From positions 1-52,603 of the IMG/VR virus record IMGVR_UViG_3300017704_000980: 52,603 nt of DNA. One strand, 5' to 3'. The notes beneath the pieces were generated by a model. The model was not told the origin of the DNA and did no database searches. It saw only the letters and a list, made by a program, of their open reading frames with translations. The stretch is from a virus (taxonomy: Duplodnaviria; Caudoviricetes). Of the stretch, positions 19,666 to 28,196 are shown in pieces (within the stretch, counting starts at the first letter, position 1; every line of letters starts with the position of its first letter). A program made the position numbers and the translations under genes.

Positions 19666-20797
19666 TGGCTTCCTCTACATCTTTGTTAGTATACAGTTTA
19701 CCTAAGAATGCTACATTTTCTGGAGGTGTAACATCTATGCCTTCATCTGCCATCACAGCACATGCCGCACCGAAAGGTAGCCCATGGTCATTGGCTGCAG
19801 GGAACAGATACAAGTCTTTGAAAATACCTCTGTCTATGATTTTCCTGTTCACTATAACATTTAAGCCACAACCACCTGCTATGCATAGATTGTCCTCCTT
19901 CAGAGAACCAGGTATAGTTTCTAGCCATTCACAGATACCCTCTTCAAAAGAGTATTGAAGCCAAGCTGCTATATCACGAGGGCTGTATGGGTTTAGCACA
20001 TCCATGTCTTCAACAACAGACAGTATCTCAGGAAAGTAGAATACGTCATCAGTCACATGGAATGGAGATGGTTGATCCACCTTTGTATGATCGCCGTAAC
20101 CAGCCAACCCCATTACTTTACCAGGCGCTATCTCCATTAAGAGGTATGGGTTTTCTGCCATTATCTTATCTGCCACATCAGAGCACATTCTTCTATAAAT
20201 GTAACAGGAGTAGGTATTATATACCTGTCCCGCATTTAATGAGAAGACCCCTAGATTTAATCCTTGTTTCGCATGGAATATTGTGGACATTTTCCCAGTG
20301 CTCTTATCACCAAGAGCATACAAACCTGTCTCATACAAATACGCTGGGCCATATTCGTCATCATCCATAACCAACCCGCCCTTCAATGCTGTAGGAAACG
20401 TAGATCCTGCACCGTCATACGAAAGTACCGACGCTTTTTCAAATGGTGATGAATAGAATGCTGCACAGGCATGAGCCCTATGATGATCTATACCTACGAC
20501 TTTAGCATTTGGAAATAATCTAGTAAGCCTGCGACTGATCGCCGCTTTCAATCTGAACGAGTGGGCACAACCTGAGTATGCTACAATGTCTATATCAGAT
20601 CTAGATAGATCACCTTCGTTAAGAACATACTTTATAGACTCCATTGGTTCAGAACCATCAAATTTGATCCTTGTCAATCTCTCTTCGGTTATCGAACAAC
20701 AGTGCTCACCATCAATCCACAAAGATGCTCCTCCGCCATGAATCCAACCCTCGGAAAGATCCCAGCCTATAGCTCCATATAATCCAATGACTTTCAT
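19649..20797 (-). CDS. carbamoyltransferase N-terminal (Kae1-like) domain, NodU/CmcH/TobZ family
   Basis: EERLTRIK, HHRAHA, DGAG, GKVMGLAGYG, AGGCGLN, PAANDHG motifs. Confidence 0.9.
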   Translation of the reverse strand: MKVIGLYGAIGWDLSEGWIHGGGASLWIDGEHCCSITEERLTRIKFDGSEPMESIKYVLNEGDLSRSDIDIVAYSGCAHSFRLKAAISRRLTRLFPNAKVVGIDHHRAHACAAFYSSPFEKASVLSYDGAGSTFPTALKGGLVMDDDEYGPAYLYETGLYALGDKSTGKMSTIFHAKQGLNLGVFSLNAGQVYNTYSCYIYRRMCSDVADKIMAENPYLLMEIAPGKVMGLAGYGDHTKVDQPSPFHVTDDVFYFPEILSVVEDMDVLNPYSPRDIAAWLQYSFEEGICEWLETIPGSLKEDNLCIAGGCGLNVIVNRKIIDRGIFKDLYLFPAANDHGLPFGAACAVMADEGIDVTPPENVAFLGKLYTNKDVEEAIEYLL

Positions 20798-22590
20798 TAT
20801 TTCACTATCACATAGTCATGCATAACCAACACATCAATTTCTGTACCAAGAAAGCAAGCCACTGCATCTTCGGGTGATTCTACAATAGGCTCACCCTTTA
20901 CATTAAATGATGTATTGATGAGAATCGGAACATCAGTAAGATCATACCAAGCAGTAAGCAATCTGTGCAACACGTGTGGTTCAGCTACCGTCTGAACTCT
21001 AGCTGAACCATCAACATGGACAGCCGAAGGAATCTCACCAGACTTCAATGCATCAACAGAAAATAGCATATATGGAGAGGATCTGTCTAAATCAAACCAA
21101 TCATTTACATGCTCATCTAATATGACTGGAGCAAAGGGTCTGAACTCTTCTCTATGTTTAACGAGTTTATTGAGTTTATCCTTCATATTCTTATCTCTTG
21201 GATCAGCCAATATAGACCTATGACCCAAAGCTCTTGGGCCTATCTCAGAACCATTTTGGAACCAAGCTACTATCTTGCCTTCTGAGAGAAACTTGGCAAC
21301 AGCTTTGTATAGTAACTTCTTTGTATACTTTGAAACTTCATAGCCTTCATTCTCTGCATCAATTATAGCATCCTTGATATCTGAAACTGAATATGTCTTC
21401 CCACCTTCAAACACTTCGTTGACTGTATGAATATGTCTTTTAGGTGGTTCTGTTCTTGTATTAAGTGCTCCCTTGCTATCCTTCTCTATCTGATCCCATA
21501 GGAACATAGCTGCTCCGATTGATGTGCCATCGTCACCTGGAGCTGGAGGTATAAAGATATTCTCGAATGTATTGAGTAACTTGCCATTGGAAACTACATT
21601 CAACATCGTTCCACCTGCCAAACACAAGTTCTCTGTAACAGAAGACATTTCTGTATGGAACTTATCTATGAGATTGTGGATGCTAGTTTCTAAGATATGC
21701 TGAGCGTTGGCTGCCATGTCCTTAGTTTCTTTACTCTTCCACTTCTCCGGATCTCTCCAGGCTGGATCGGCGATACCACCTTCACCCTCCAACTGAGGGA
21801 AGAATGCTGTCCTATTTGGCATGTTAGAGACACCAGATCTTAGGAGGAGATGCCTGTATTGATCACCATGGAATATATCACCCATCTGAACAACATCAGG
21901 CCACGATAACCCATCTACCACCTTCTTATTCACTTTACCATAGGCTGCCAGAGCCATAACTTTACCAGCATCAGTCAGCGAAGGATAGAATCCAAGATAG
22001 TCACATATCTGACCATAGAAACTACCAACAGCAAAGTCCCCACCCTTCCTTAAGTTTCTGAACATGTGCATTTTATCATCGAAATAATAAGCAGAATGAT
22101 TAGCACCCATACCGTCTGAGAAATCTACAGACACACACAAAGCTCTGTCAAATGATGACAGATAATATGCGGACGAGCAATGTGCGAAGTGATGGTCTAC
22201 ATGAAGACAGGGCATCGATTGATTGCCTATCTTGAGAGTATAAGGACCTTGAGCTACTATATTTGGATCATTATGGAATGCTACAAAATCGTCATACAAA
22301 TATTCTTCAGATCTAGGTTCTTTTATGATAGAGAAGTCATCCTCCGTCTTATCCCAAAGCTCTATATTATCAGAGCCTCTATCCCAAAACCAGTTTACAA
22401 TAGCAGCAATCGAGACATCTTTGAGTTTGATGCCTTCCTTGTCCAAGACGTATTTGATTCCTGCCTTGGTGACACCTCTGGACTTCTTGACTCTATTGAG
22501 CCTCTCGGTAGCTATGAAAGCTTTGAGCTTTCCATCTTTAACGAGAGCGACAGAACCATCATGTCCACAACTAATTCCTAGTACGTACAT
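20797..22590 (-). CDS. full-length carbamoyltransferase (NodU/CmcH/TobZ family)
   Basis: GISCGHDGS, ERLNRVK, HHFAH, GKVMALAAYG, AGGTMLN, PGDDG, EIGPRALGHRSILADP, NTSFN.KGEPIV. Confidence 0.92.
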   Translation of the reverse strand: MYVLGISCGHDGSVALVKDGKLKAFIATERLNRVKKSRGVTKAGIKYVLDKEGIKLKDVSIAAIVNWFWDRGSDNIELWDKTEDDFSIIKEPRSEEYLYDDFVAFHNDPNIVAQGPYTLKIGNQSMPCLHVDHHFAHCSSAYYLSSFDRALCVSVDFSDGMGANHSAYYFDDKMHMFRNLRKGGDFAVGSFYGQICDYLGFYPSLTDAGKVMALAAYGKVNKKVVDGLSWPDVVQMGDIFHGDQYRHLLLRSGVSNMPNRTAFFPQLEGEGGIADPAWRDPEKWKSKETKDMAANAQHILETSIHNLIDKFHTEMSSVTENLCLAGGTMLNVVSNGKLLNTFENIFIPPAPGDDGTSIGAAMFLWDQIEKDSKGALNTRTEPPKRHIHTVNEVFEGGKTYSVSDIKDAIIDAENEGYEVSKYTKKLLYKAVAKFLSEGKIVAWFQNGSEIGPRALGHRSILADPRDKNMKDKLNKLVKHREEFRPFAPVILDEHVNDWFDLDRSSPYMLFSVDALKSGEIPSAVHVDGSARVQTVAEPHVLHRLLTAWYDLTDVPILINTSFNVKGEPIVESPEDAVACFLGTEIDVLVMHDYVIVK

Positions 22591-22604
22591 TTACACCTAC
22601 CCTA

Positions 22605-23741
22605 TTATAGAGATATCATCCTTTGCTCTGGCTCTTCACCAATAAGCTTTTCCATTTTCCCTACTTCAGCTAGTACTTGATCTAGCTCTATCGATTTCAT
22701 GCAACTATAATGATCACATATCCAAATCTTACCATTCTCATCTGTATCAAATGGACCAGGTCTCCAACAAGCTATATCAGGACAAGATGTCTTATTCCAG
22801 ATATTGATGTTGTGTTTCCATCCCCATACATATGGGCTTACACTACCCCATAAGACAATTCCAGGTTTCTTTAAACTGGCTGCAAGGTGTGGAAGGTAAT
22901 TATCTATAGACATATAGAATGCGCATTTCGGATGCTCAAGTATTTGAAGAACAGGATTGAGGTTATCGACCTTCACTGTCTGGAATCCAGGAATTTCTGG
23001 ATTATACTGATTAGCATGAACCTGGATGAAGTTATACTTGTGCTTGAGCTTTTCTGCGAGTTGTGCCCACCTTACAAGGGACCATACTTTGTGCACTCTA
23101 TAATTCACACCGCTCATAAATTCATGTGGGTTACGATCTACTCCCATATGAACAAGCACGAATGGTTTATCTTGCTTATCTAGATGCTGCTGTAGGTCTG
23201 CGTTTGTTTGAGTTCGCTTGAGTAGGGGAACTCCACCGTCATACTTCAGATCCATAACCTTTCCATAATGGTTACCTATAAAGGACTTAGGGCTATCCTT
23301 CAACTTATTGCCATGGATCAGTTTGCTGAGTGAATGACCATATTCAATCTGATATGATCTCTTCCAATTATTATTGATGAGTCTATTGACTGAACCAGAT
23401 CCAGTAGCATATTGCTGGAAATTCTTGCGCCATGAATCTAAGAAAATGGGGTGCTCTGGCTGGCCTAATTTTTCATCCTTCATGATTCCTGGATCTTGAG
23501 GCCATTGTTGATGAGGTTCTGGTACTTGTGTTCCCATAATGTTATGACCATTGAGGGCCTCTGAAACCATAAAGCCAATAAGGCTATTATCTACAACTAT
23601 GATGGGCCAACTATTTCTATCGGTCTTTCTCTTACTGATAAGAGACCTAATAAAAACCGTTTGTATGATTCTAGCACCAAGGCCGCCAGCCAGCATCAAT
23701 ATGTAACATTTGCTATCTTCACCAATTTGAATCTGATTCAT
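22605..23741 (-). CDS. glycosyltransferase family 9 (heptosyltransferase-like) with C-terminal four-Cys motif
   Basis: GGLG near N-term, K.WS..RW..LA, IDNYLPHLAASLKKPGIVLWG..P, C-x4-CW..FD..W.C-x4-CMKSI. Confidence 0.75.
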   Translation of the reverse strand: MNQIQIGEDSKCYILMLAGGLGARIIQTVFIRSLISKRKTDRNSWPIIVVDNSLIGFMVSEALNGHNIMGTQVPEPHQQWPQDPGIMKDEKLGQPEHPIFLDSWRKNFQQYATGSGSVNRLINNNWKRSYQIEYGHSLSKLIHGNKLKDSPKSFIGNHYGKVMDLKYDGGVPLLKRTQTNADLQQHLDKQDKPFVLVHMGVDRNPHEFMSGVNYRVHKVWSLVRWAQLAEKLKHKYNFIQVHANQYNPEIPGFQTVKVDNLNPVLQILEHPKCAFYMSIDNYLPHLAASLKKPGIVLWGSVSPYVWGWKHNINIWNKTSCPDIACWRPGPFDTDENGKIWICDHYSCMKSIELDQVLAEVGKMEKLIGEEPEQRMISL

Positions 23742-23752
23742 TTACACCCCAT

Positions 23753-25903
23753 TTAGTTTACTATAGACAATACAGAACCATCATCCTCATAAGCCGATAT
23801 AATATCGATCGCGTCTTGTTTAAACTGTGCCTGATCAATTGCATATAATACAGATGCAAGTATGATCGGTTCGGTGCCTTCAACTCTGCTACTATACTTC
23901 TTCATTCTAGATGTATAGTAATTGTGATATGCAAAGTCTTTTACTTCATCGAGGGTTAATGGTGCCAATTCTTCTTCTAAGTTCTCTATATCACCTAGAT
24001 TTTTCCACATATCTGTTATCAATAGACCATGCTCATCTGTATTACTAGCATGATCCATGATATGGCTGTCACCTCTTGTAGCACTTACCCTCCAATAGAA
24101 TTCAGCGTCTTGCTTTCCACATGGTACCGTCTTGACTGTGATCACGCCACAGTTGACTGGCTCTTCAGGATCACCTGCAAAGATAGGAGCCCACTCTCCA
24201 TAACTAGTTAATTGAATTAGTGGCAATTCTTTCTTATGTACAAGTTTCTGAAAATACCCTGGTAGTTCTACAGTTGCTATACCATTCTCTAGCTTTGCTT
24301 TCCCTTCGTAAAAGACACCGTGTTTTGGGCCTTCTTCGATCGAGTGGATAAGCTGCTTGGTATTGAACTTATTTGGATTTTCCTTACTACAGCATGGGTG
24401 GTTGATCAAGAATGAGCCGGATTGCTTACAGAGTGAGCCTGTAAAACATACATTACACCAGTGGTAGTTTATCCCCCATCCACACTGGTTTGGGTCGCAA
24501 TGTGCCCGGCCCTGAAACATGATCGCGCCGTCACCATCATATATATCAAATATGGAGTCGGTCGTCGATCTCGGCAAGCGCCCGTCAGGCACGACTTTCG
24601 ATGCGTACGTTCCGAAGCATTTGACAAATATATAACAACCACCAGACGTAGAACAAGTATCTGTGATACCGGTAAGTTGCAAACCATTACCAGTCATCGT
24701 GCCTGTTACGCAAATAATAGGTGACAATATGCAACATGCAGCACAGAAAGTAGCGGCATGATGGGCGCAGCAGTTTCTGATCATTACGACATCAGACGAC
24801 GCACAGACGCACATGTTTGCATCTGCACTACTAAAGTGAAGTACACCACAATTCCCTGTAAACGTACAAGATCCACTACCTGCTACACAAACTGTCTTGT
24901 ATATGTTTTGACTCGAGCCTCTGGATGTGTTACATAAAACGACATTACCAGGACCACCACCGCCACCTATACCAGTAGATGATATAATACAACACATAGC
25001 GCATGTAACAACATCGCCGGGCCCAATTGTGGCACAAATAGTATATGCTCCTCCTATGTTGCTCACGCAAGTTCCATCACCAGCTACTATTGAACCAATA
25101 GCGTATGAAGAAACATTACCAGCGTCAAGAAGTATCTGATCACCCCAATATAGATCTGTGCCTGCTGCCCCAGCAGCAGCAGATGTGTGAATGATATTAT
25201 TTGCACCTGCTGCTCCAAATCTTATTCCACCTTGAACATCTAGATTCTGAGATGGACATGTGGTTCCAATACCTACACCACAGTCTGTAATCGTTACGCT
25301 GTCTGTAAGTGCGCCACCTTGGATTGTCTGTATGACTACACCGCCAATCTCAGATCCACCTGTTACAACCTGTGCTGTGCCTTTAAGAGCACCATATGTC
25401 ACTACAGCACCAGCGTCATCACAACCAATAAATTTGTATGATCCAAGTTCTGCAGAACCTGAGTGACATGTAGAAATTCTAAGATCACCACTGATATCAG
25501 CATTAGACTGAGGAGCCTGAGTACCAAAACCTACACAACCGGCAGTGTGATGGACCCATGTAGAACAATCAATCCATAGGCCGATCTGCAAATCTACAGA
25601 ATCACCAGACATCGTACCTTCTATATTAAAGTCAATACCGGCAGCAGGTTCTGCCTCACCAATTGTAACTTTGCCTTCTGGATAGAAAGCGAATTGCTGC
25701 CCTACATTACCACTGAGTGACATGGTCCTAGTATTATCAGAATTACCAGATACCGAAAGTAATGATAAGGTTCCATCAGCTACATGCGAACCTACACCAA
25801 AAGCTGCCCAGGTAGCAGCAGACGTCGGTCCAAATTCTAAGACAACGTTATCTACTATCTTGGTCTTTATAGCTTCGCCGGATCTTAGTGTGACATCAAC
25901 CAT
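23753..25903 (-). CDS. Cys-rich tail fibre protein 3 with C-terminal intramolecular-chaperone-like domain
   Basis: VGIGTT.P..LDV.G fibre repeats; GSFLINHP...LIH..EEGP..GVFYEG...LP.YF domain; paralog of the two upstream genes. Confidence 0.7.
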   Translation of the reverse strand: MVDVTLRSGEAIKTKIVDNVVLEFGPTSAATWAAFGVGSHVADGTLSLLSVSGNSDNTRTMSLSGNVGQQFAFYPEGKVTIGEAEPAAGIDFNIEGTMSGDSVDLQIGLWIDCSTWVHHTAGCVGFGTQAPQSNADISGDLRISTCHSGSAELGSYKFIGCDDAGAVVTYGALKGTAQVVTGGSEIGGVVIQTIQGGALTDSVTITDCGVGIGTTCPSQNLDVQGGIRFGAAGANNIIHTSAAAGAAGTDLYWGDQILLDAGNVSSYAIGSIVAGDGTCVSNIGGAYTICATIGPGDVVTCAMCCIISSTGIGGGGGPGNVVLCNTSRGSSQNIYKTVCVAGSGSCTFTGNCGVLHFSSADANMCVCASSDVVMIRNCCAHHAATFCAACCILSPIICVTGTMTGNGLQLTGITDTCSTSGGCYIFVKCFGTYASKVVPDGRLPRSTTDSIFDIYDGDGAIMFQGRAHCDPNQCGWGINYHWCNVCFTGSLCKQSGSFLINHPCCSKENPNKFNTKQLIHSIEEGPKHGVFYEGKAKLENGIATVELPGYFQKLVHKKELPLIQLTSYGEWAPIFAGDPEEPVNCGVITVKTVPCGKQDAEFYWRVSATRGDSHIMDHASNTDEHGLLITDMWKNLGDIENLEEELAPLTLDEVKDFAYHNYYTSRMKKYSSRVEGTEPIILASVLYAIDQAQFKQDAIDIISAYEDDGSVLSIVN

Positions 25904-28196
25904 CTAGTTTAGCTGTCCCTTTATCTTTTTTGAAATCTGCTCTATGTATTTTATTGCTCTTGTTATTTTTCTTATTCAATACAACATGGCCTGCTTTACC
26001 ACATTTTCTGACACATTCGACTAATTCATCATATGTGATTTCATCACCATGCTCATTATAAATAGGTACACCATTAAACATTTCTCTAGTATATTCCCAA
26101 TGTAGCAACGTCAAAGTATCATCATCATTGGCGTGGCCCGATGTCACAAAAGCATCGAAATCTTGCGACATATCAGTTACCATTTTAGCTATTATTTCGC
26201 TCTTAGTCTTTGTGGTATCATATATGATATCATGTTTATATTGCTTCATCCATTCTATGAGCTCCGACTTCGTCAATAGGCTCAAGAATTCATCTGGTTC
26301 TTTCATACCTAACCAACTGTTCCACATAACTGGATCATAATTATGATTTTCATCTTTATTTTCACCTGCCAAAGCACTTTCGTCTTGGCGTTCTCCGCTT
26401 ACTCTCCAATAGAACTCAATATCCTTATCGCCCTTTACATTCAATATACCGTTCTCTACAGGACAGCCTGGATTATCGGGTGTTATAGAAGTCCAATCAT
26501 TTATTGGTGTCAACTGAACATATCTATTTCGCTTACAGCTAACCAAAGATTCAAAATAATATGGCATATTCACTGTCGCTATACCATTGCAGAGCTCAGC
26601 TTTGCCTTCATAAAAGACGGTGAGGCCTGGCGCTTCTTCAAAGCCATGAACCAAATGCATAGCATTATACTTGTTTGGATTCTCCTTATCACAGCATGGA
26701 TGATTAATAACGAATGAACCACTGCCCTTCATCAAACAACAGAAATTTCCGTTATCATGACGTGAACATCCTACTGCTCGGCCATGCCACTGCATGGTAC
26801 AACCATTACAACCACAAATCGAATACTGAAGACTTGCACAGTTGGTACACTGCGATGATCCCATACACAATTTGAAATATCCACAAACACCGCCTGTAGC
26901 GTAGGTAGAGTACATGAAAATACAATTACCTGTGAACGTACAGTAACAGTTATATGAAGCACCAGCGATATTAATACCACAACCTACGAAACAAAGCGCG
27001 GTCAAATTGCAAGCGCCAATACAGCACGTCGCACAAGCACAACAAACAGTCAATGGATTACATGTACATACTCTAATAGTATTGCCAGATAATGTCATAC
27101 ATACACCAAGTCCTCTAGCAAAACATATTACATCACTGTTGCTTGCCGGTGACTCACTACCTACACCTGCCGCGCACCATGTGGTATATATATTTTGACT
27201 AGAACCCCGATCCGTATTCACGATTGTAGCTGCTGCGCCGGGGCCTTGTGACCCAGATATACCTGTGCCAGCTATAACACAGCATACTGTATATGAAGCA
27301 AGATTTGTGCCTTTAATTTCAGCAGCTATAGTGAGAGCGCCGCCATTGCCGCCGCCCGTAAGTCCACATGGGGTTGCAATACAGCACATGAATGTAGAAG
27401 GTGCTTCTGAAGAACAGAGTAATCTCCTATCACCCCAATATATATTACAGGTAGGAGTAGAACCAGACGAAGTGTTAAGAGTGTGACCTGCATTGGCCAG
27501 CGTTCCAAATTTGAGAGCACCTTGAATATCTAGAGCGGCTCCGGGAGTTATTGTCCCTATACCAAGTTGGCCTTGATAATCTATTCTAGCAACTTCAGCA
27601 TCAGCACCAGCTACTGCAGCGCTGAACACTACAGAACCACATTCTGCTCCAGCAGCGGCCGCGTCAGCAATACCACTTACAGTACCATATACTTCTATTG
27701 CTCCACCGTCATCACAACCAGCTATTGATATACCATTCACACCACCGGCACCGGAGTGGTGTGTTCTAGCTGCAGCGTCTCCACCAATATCCAATTGATC
27801 CTGTGGTGAAGCTACACTTATACCAGCATTACCACCTATATAACTTATATCATCACCAGTAGCTGCGAATACATTACCTCCAGCTCCAGCTAAAGCTACC
27901 ATACACATACCACCACTTACTGATAGCTTTGAAGAACCAATTGGGTCGGTATTAATAGCCATCTGACCGCCAGATGTGATAACCATAAGAACGTCGCCAT
28001 TACTACCACTTACACTGAGTAGATATTCTGCATTAGATTGAGATGTGGCAGCGAATGAATCTATTTTAGTACCACGATCAACACCAATCTCTATAAACTC
28101 ACCAGTTATGCTAGGAAGGCCTGCTGTGACATCTGTCACAAATATATCACCTAATATGCTTTTATGTCTGATGTTGTATCTAGATATGTCTACCAT
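25896..28196 (-). CDS. Cys-rich tail fibre protein 2 with C-terminal intramolecular-chaperone-like domain
   Basis: GQLGIGTITPGAALDIQG repeats; GSFVINHP...HLVHGFEEAP..VFYEG domain. Confidence 0.7.
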   Translation of the reverse strand: MVDISRYNIRHKSILGDIFVTDVTAGLPSITGEFIEIGVDRGTKIDSFAATSQSNAEYLLSVSGSNGDVLMVITSGGQMAINTDPIGSSKLSVSGGMCMVALAGAGGNVFAATGDDISYIGGNAGISVASPQDQLDIGGDAAARTHHSGAGGVNGISIAGCDDGGAIEVYGTVSGIADAAAAGAECGSVVFSAAVAGADAEVARIDYQGQLGIGTITPGAALDIQGALKFGTLANAGHTLNTSSGSTPTCNIYWGDRRLLCSSEAPSTFMCCIATPCGLTGGGNGGALTIAAEIKGTNLASYTVCCVIAGTGISGSQGPGAAATIVNTDRGSSQNIYTTWCAAGVGSESPASNSDVICFARGLGVCMTLSGNTIRVCTCNPLTVCCACATCCIGACNLTALCFVGCGINIAGASYNCYCTFTGNCIFMYSTYATGGVCGYFKLCMGSSQCTNCASLQYSICGCNGCTMQWHGRAVGCSRHDNGNFCCLMKGSGSFVINHPCCDKENPNKYNAMHLVHGFEEAPGLTVFYEGKAELCNGIATVNMPYYFESLVSCKRNRYVQLTPINDWTSITPDNPGCPVENGILNVKGDKDIEFYWRVSGERQDESALAGENKDENHNYDPVMWNSWLGMKEPDEFLSLLTKSELIEWMKQYKHDIIYDTTKTKSEIIAKMVTDMSQDFDAFVTSGHANDDDTLTLLHWEYTREMFNGVPIYNEHGDEITYDELVECVRKCGKAGHVVLNKKNNKSNKIHRADFKKDKGTAKLDG

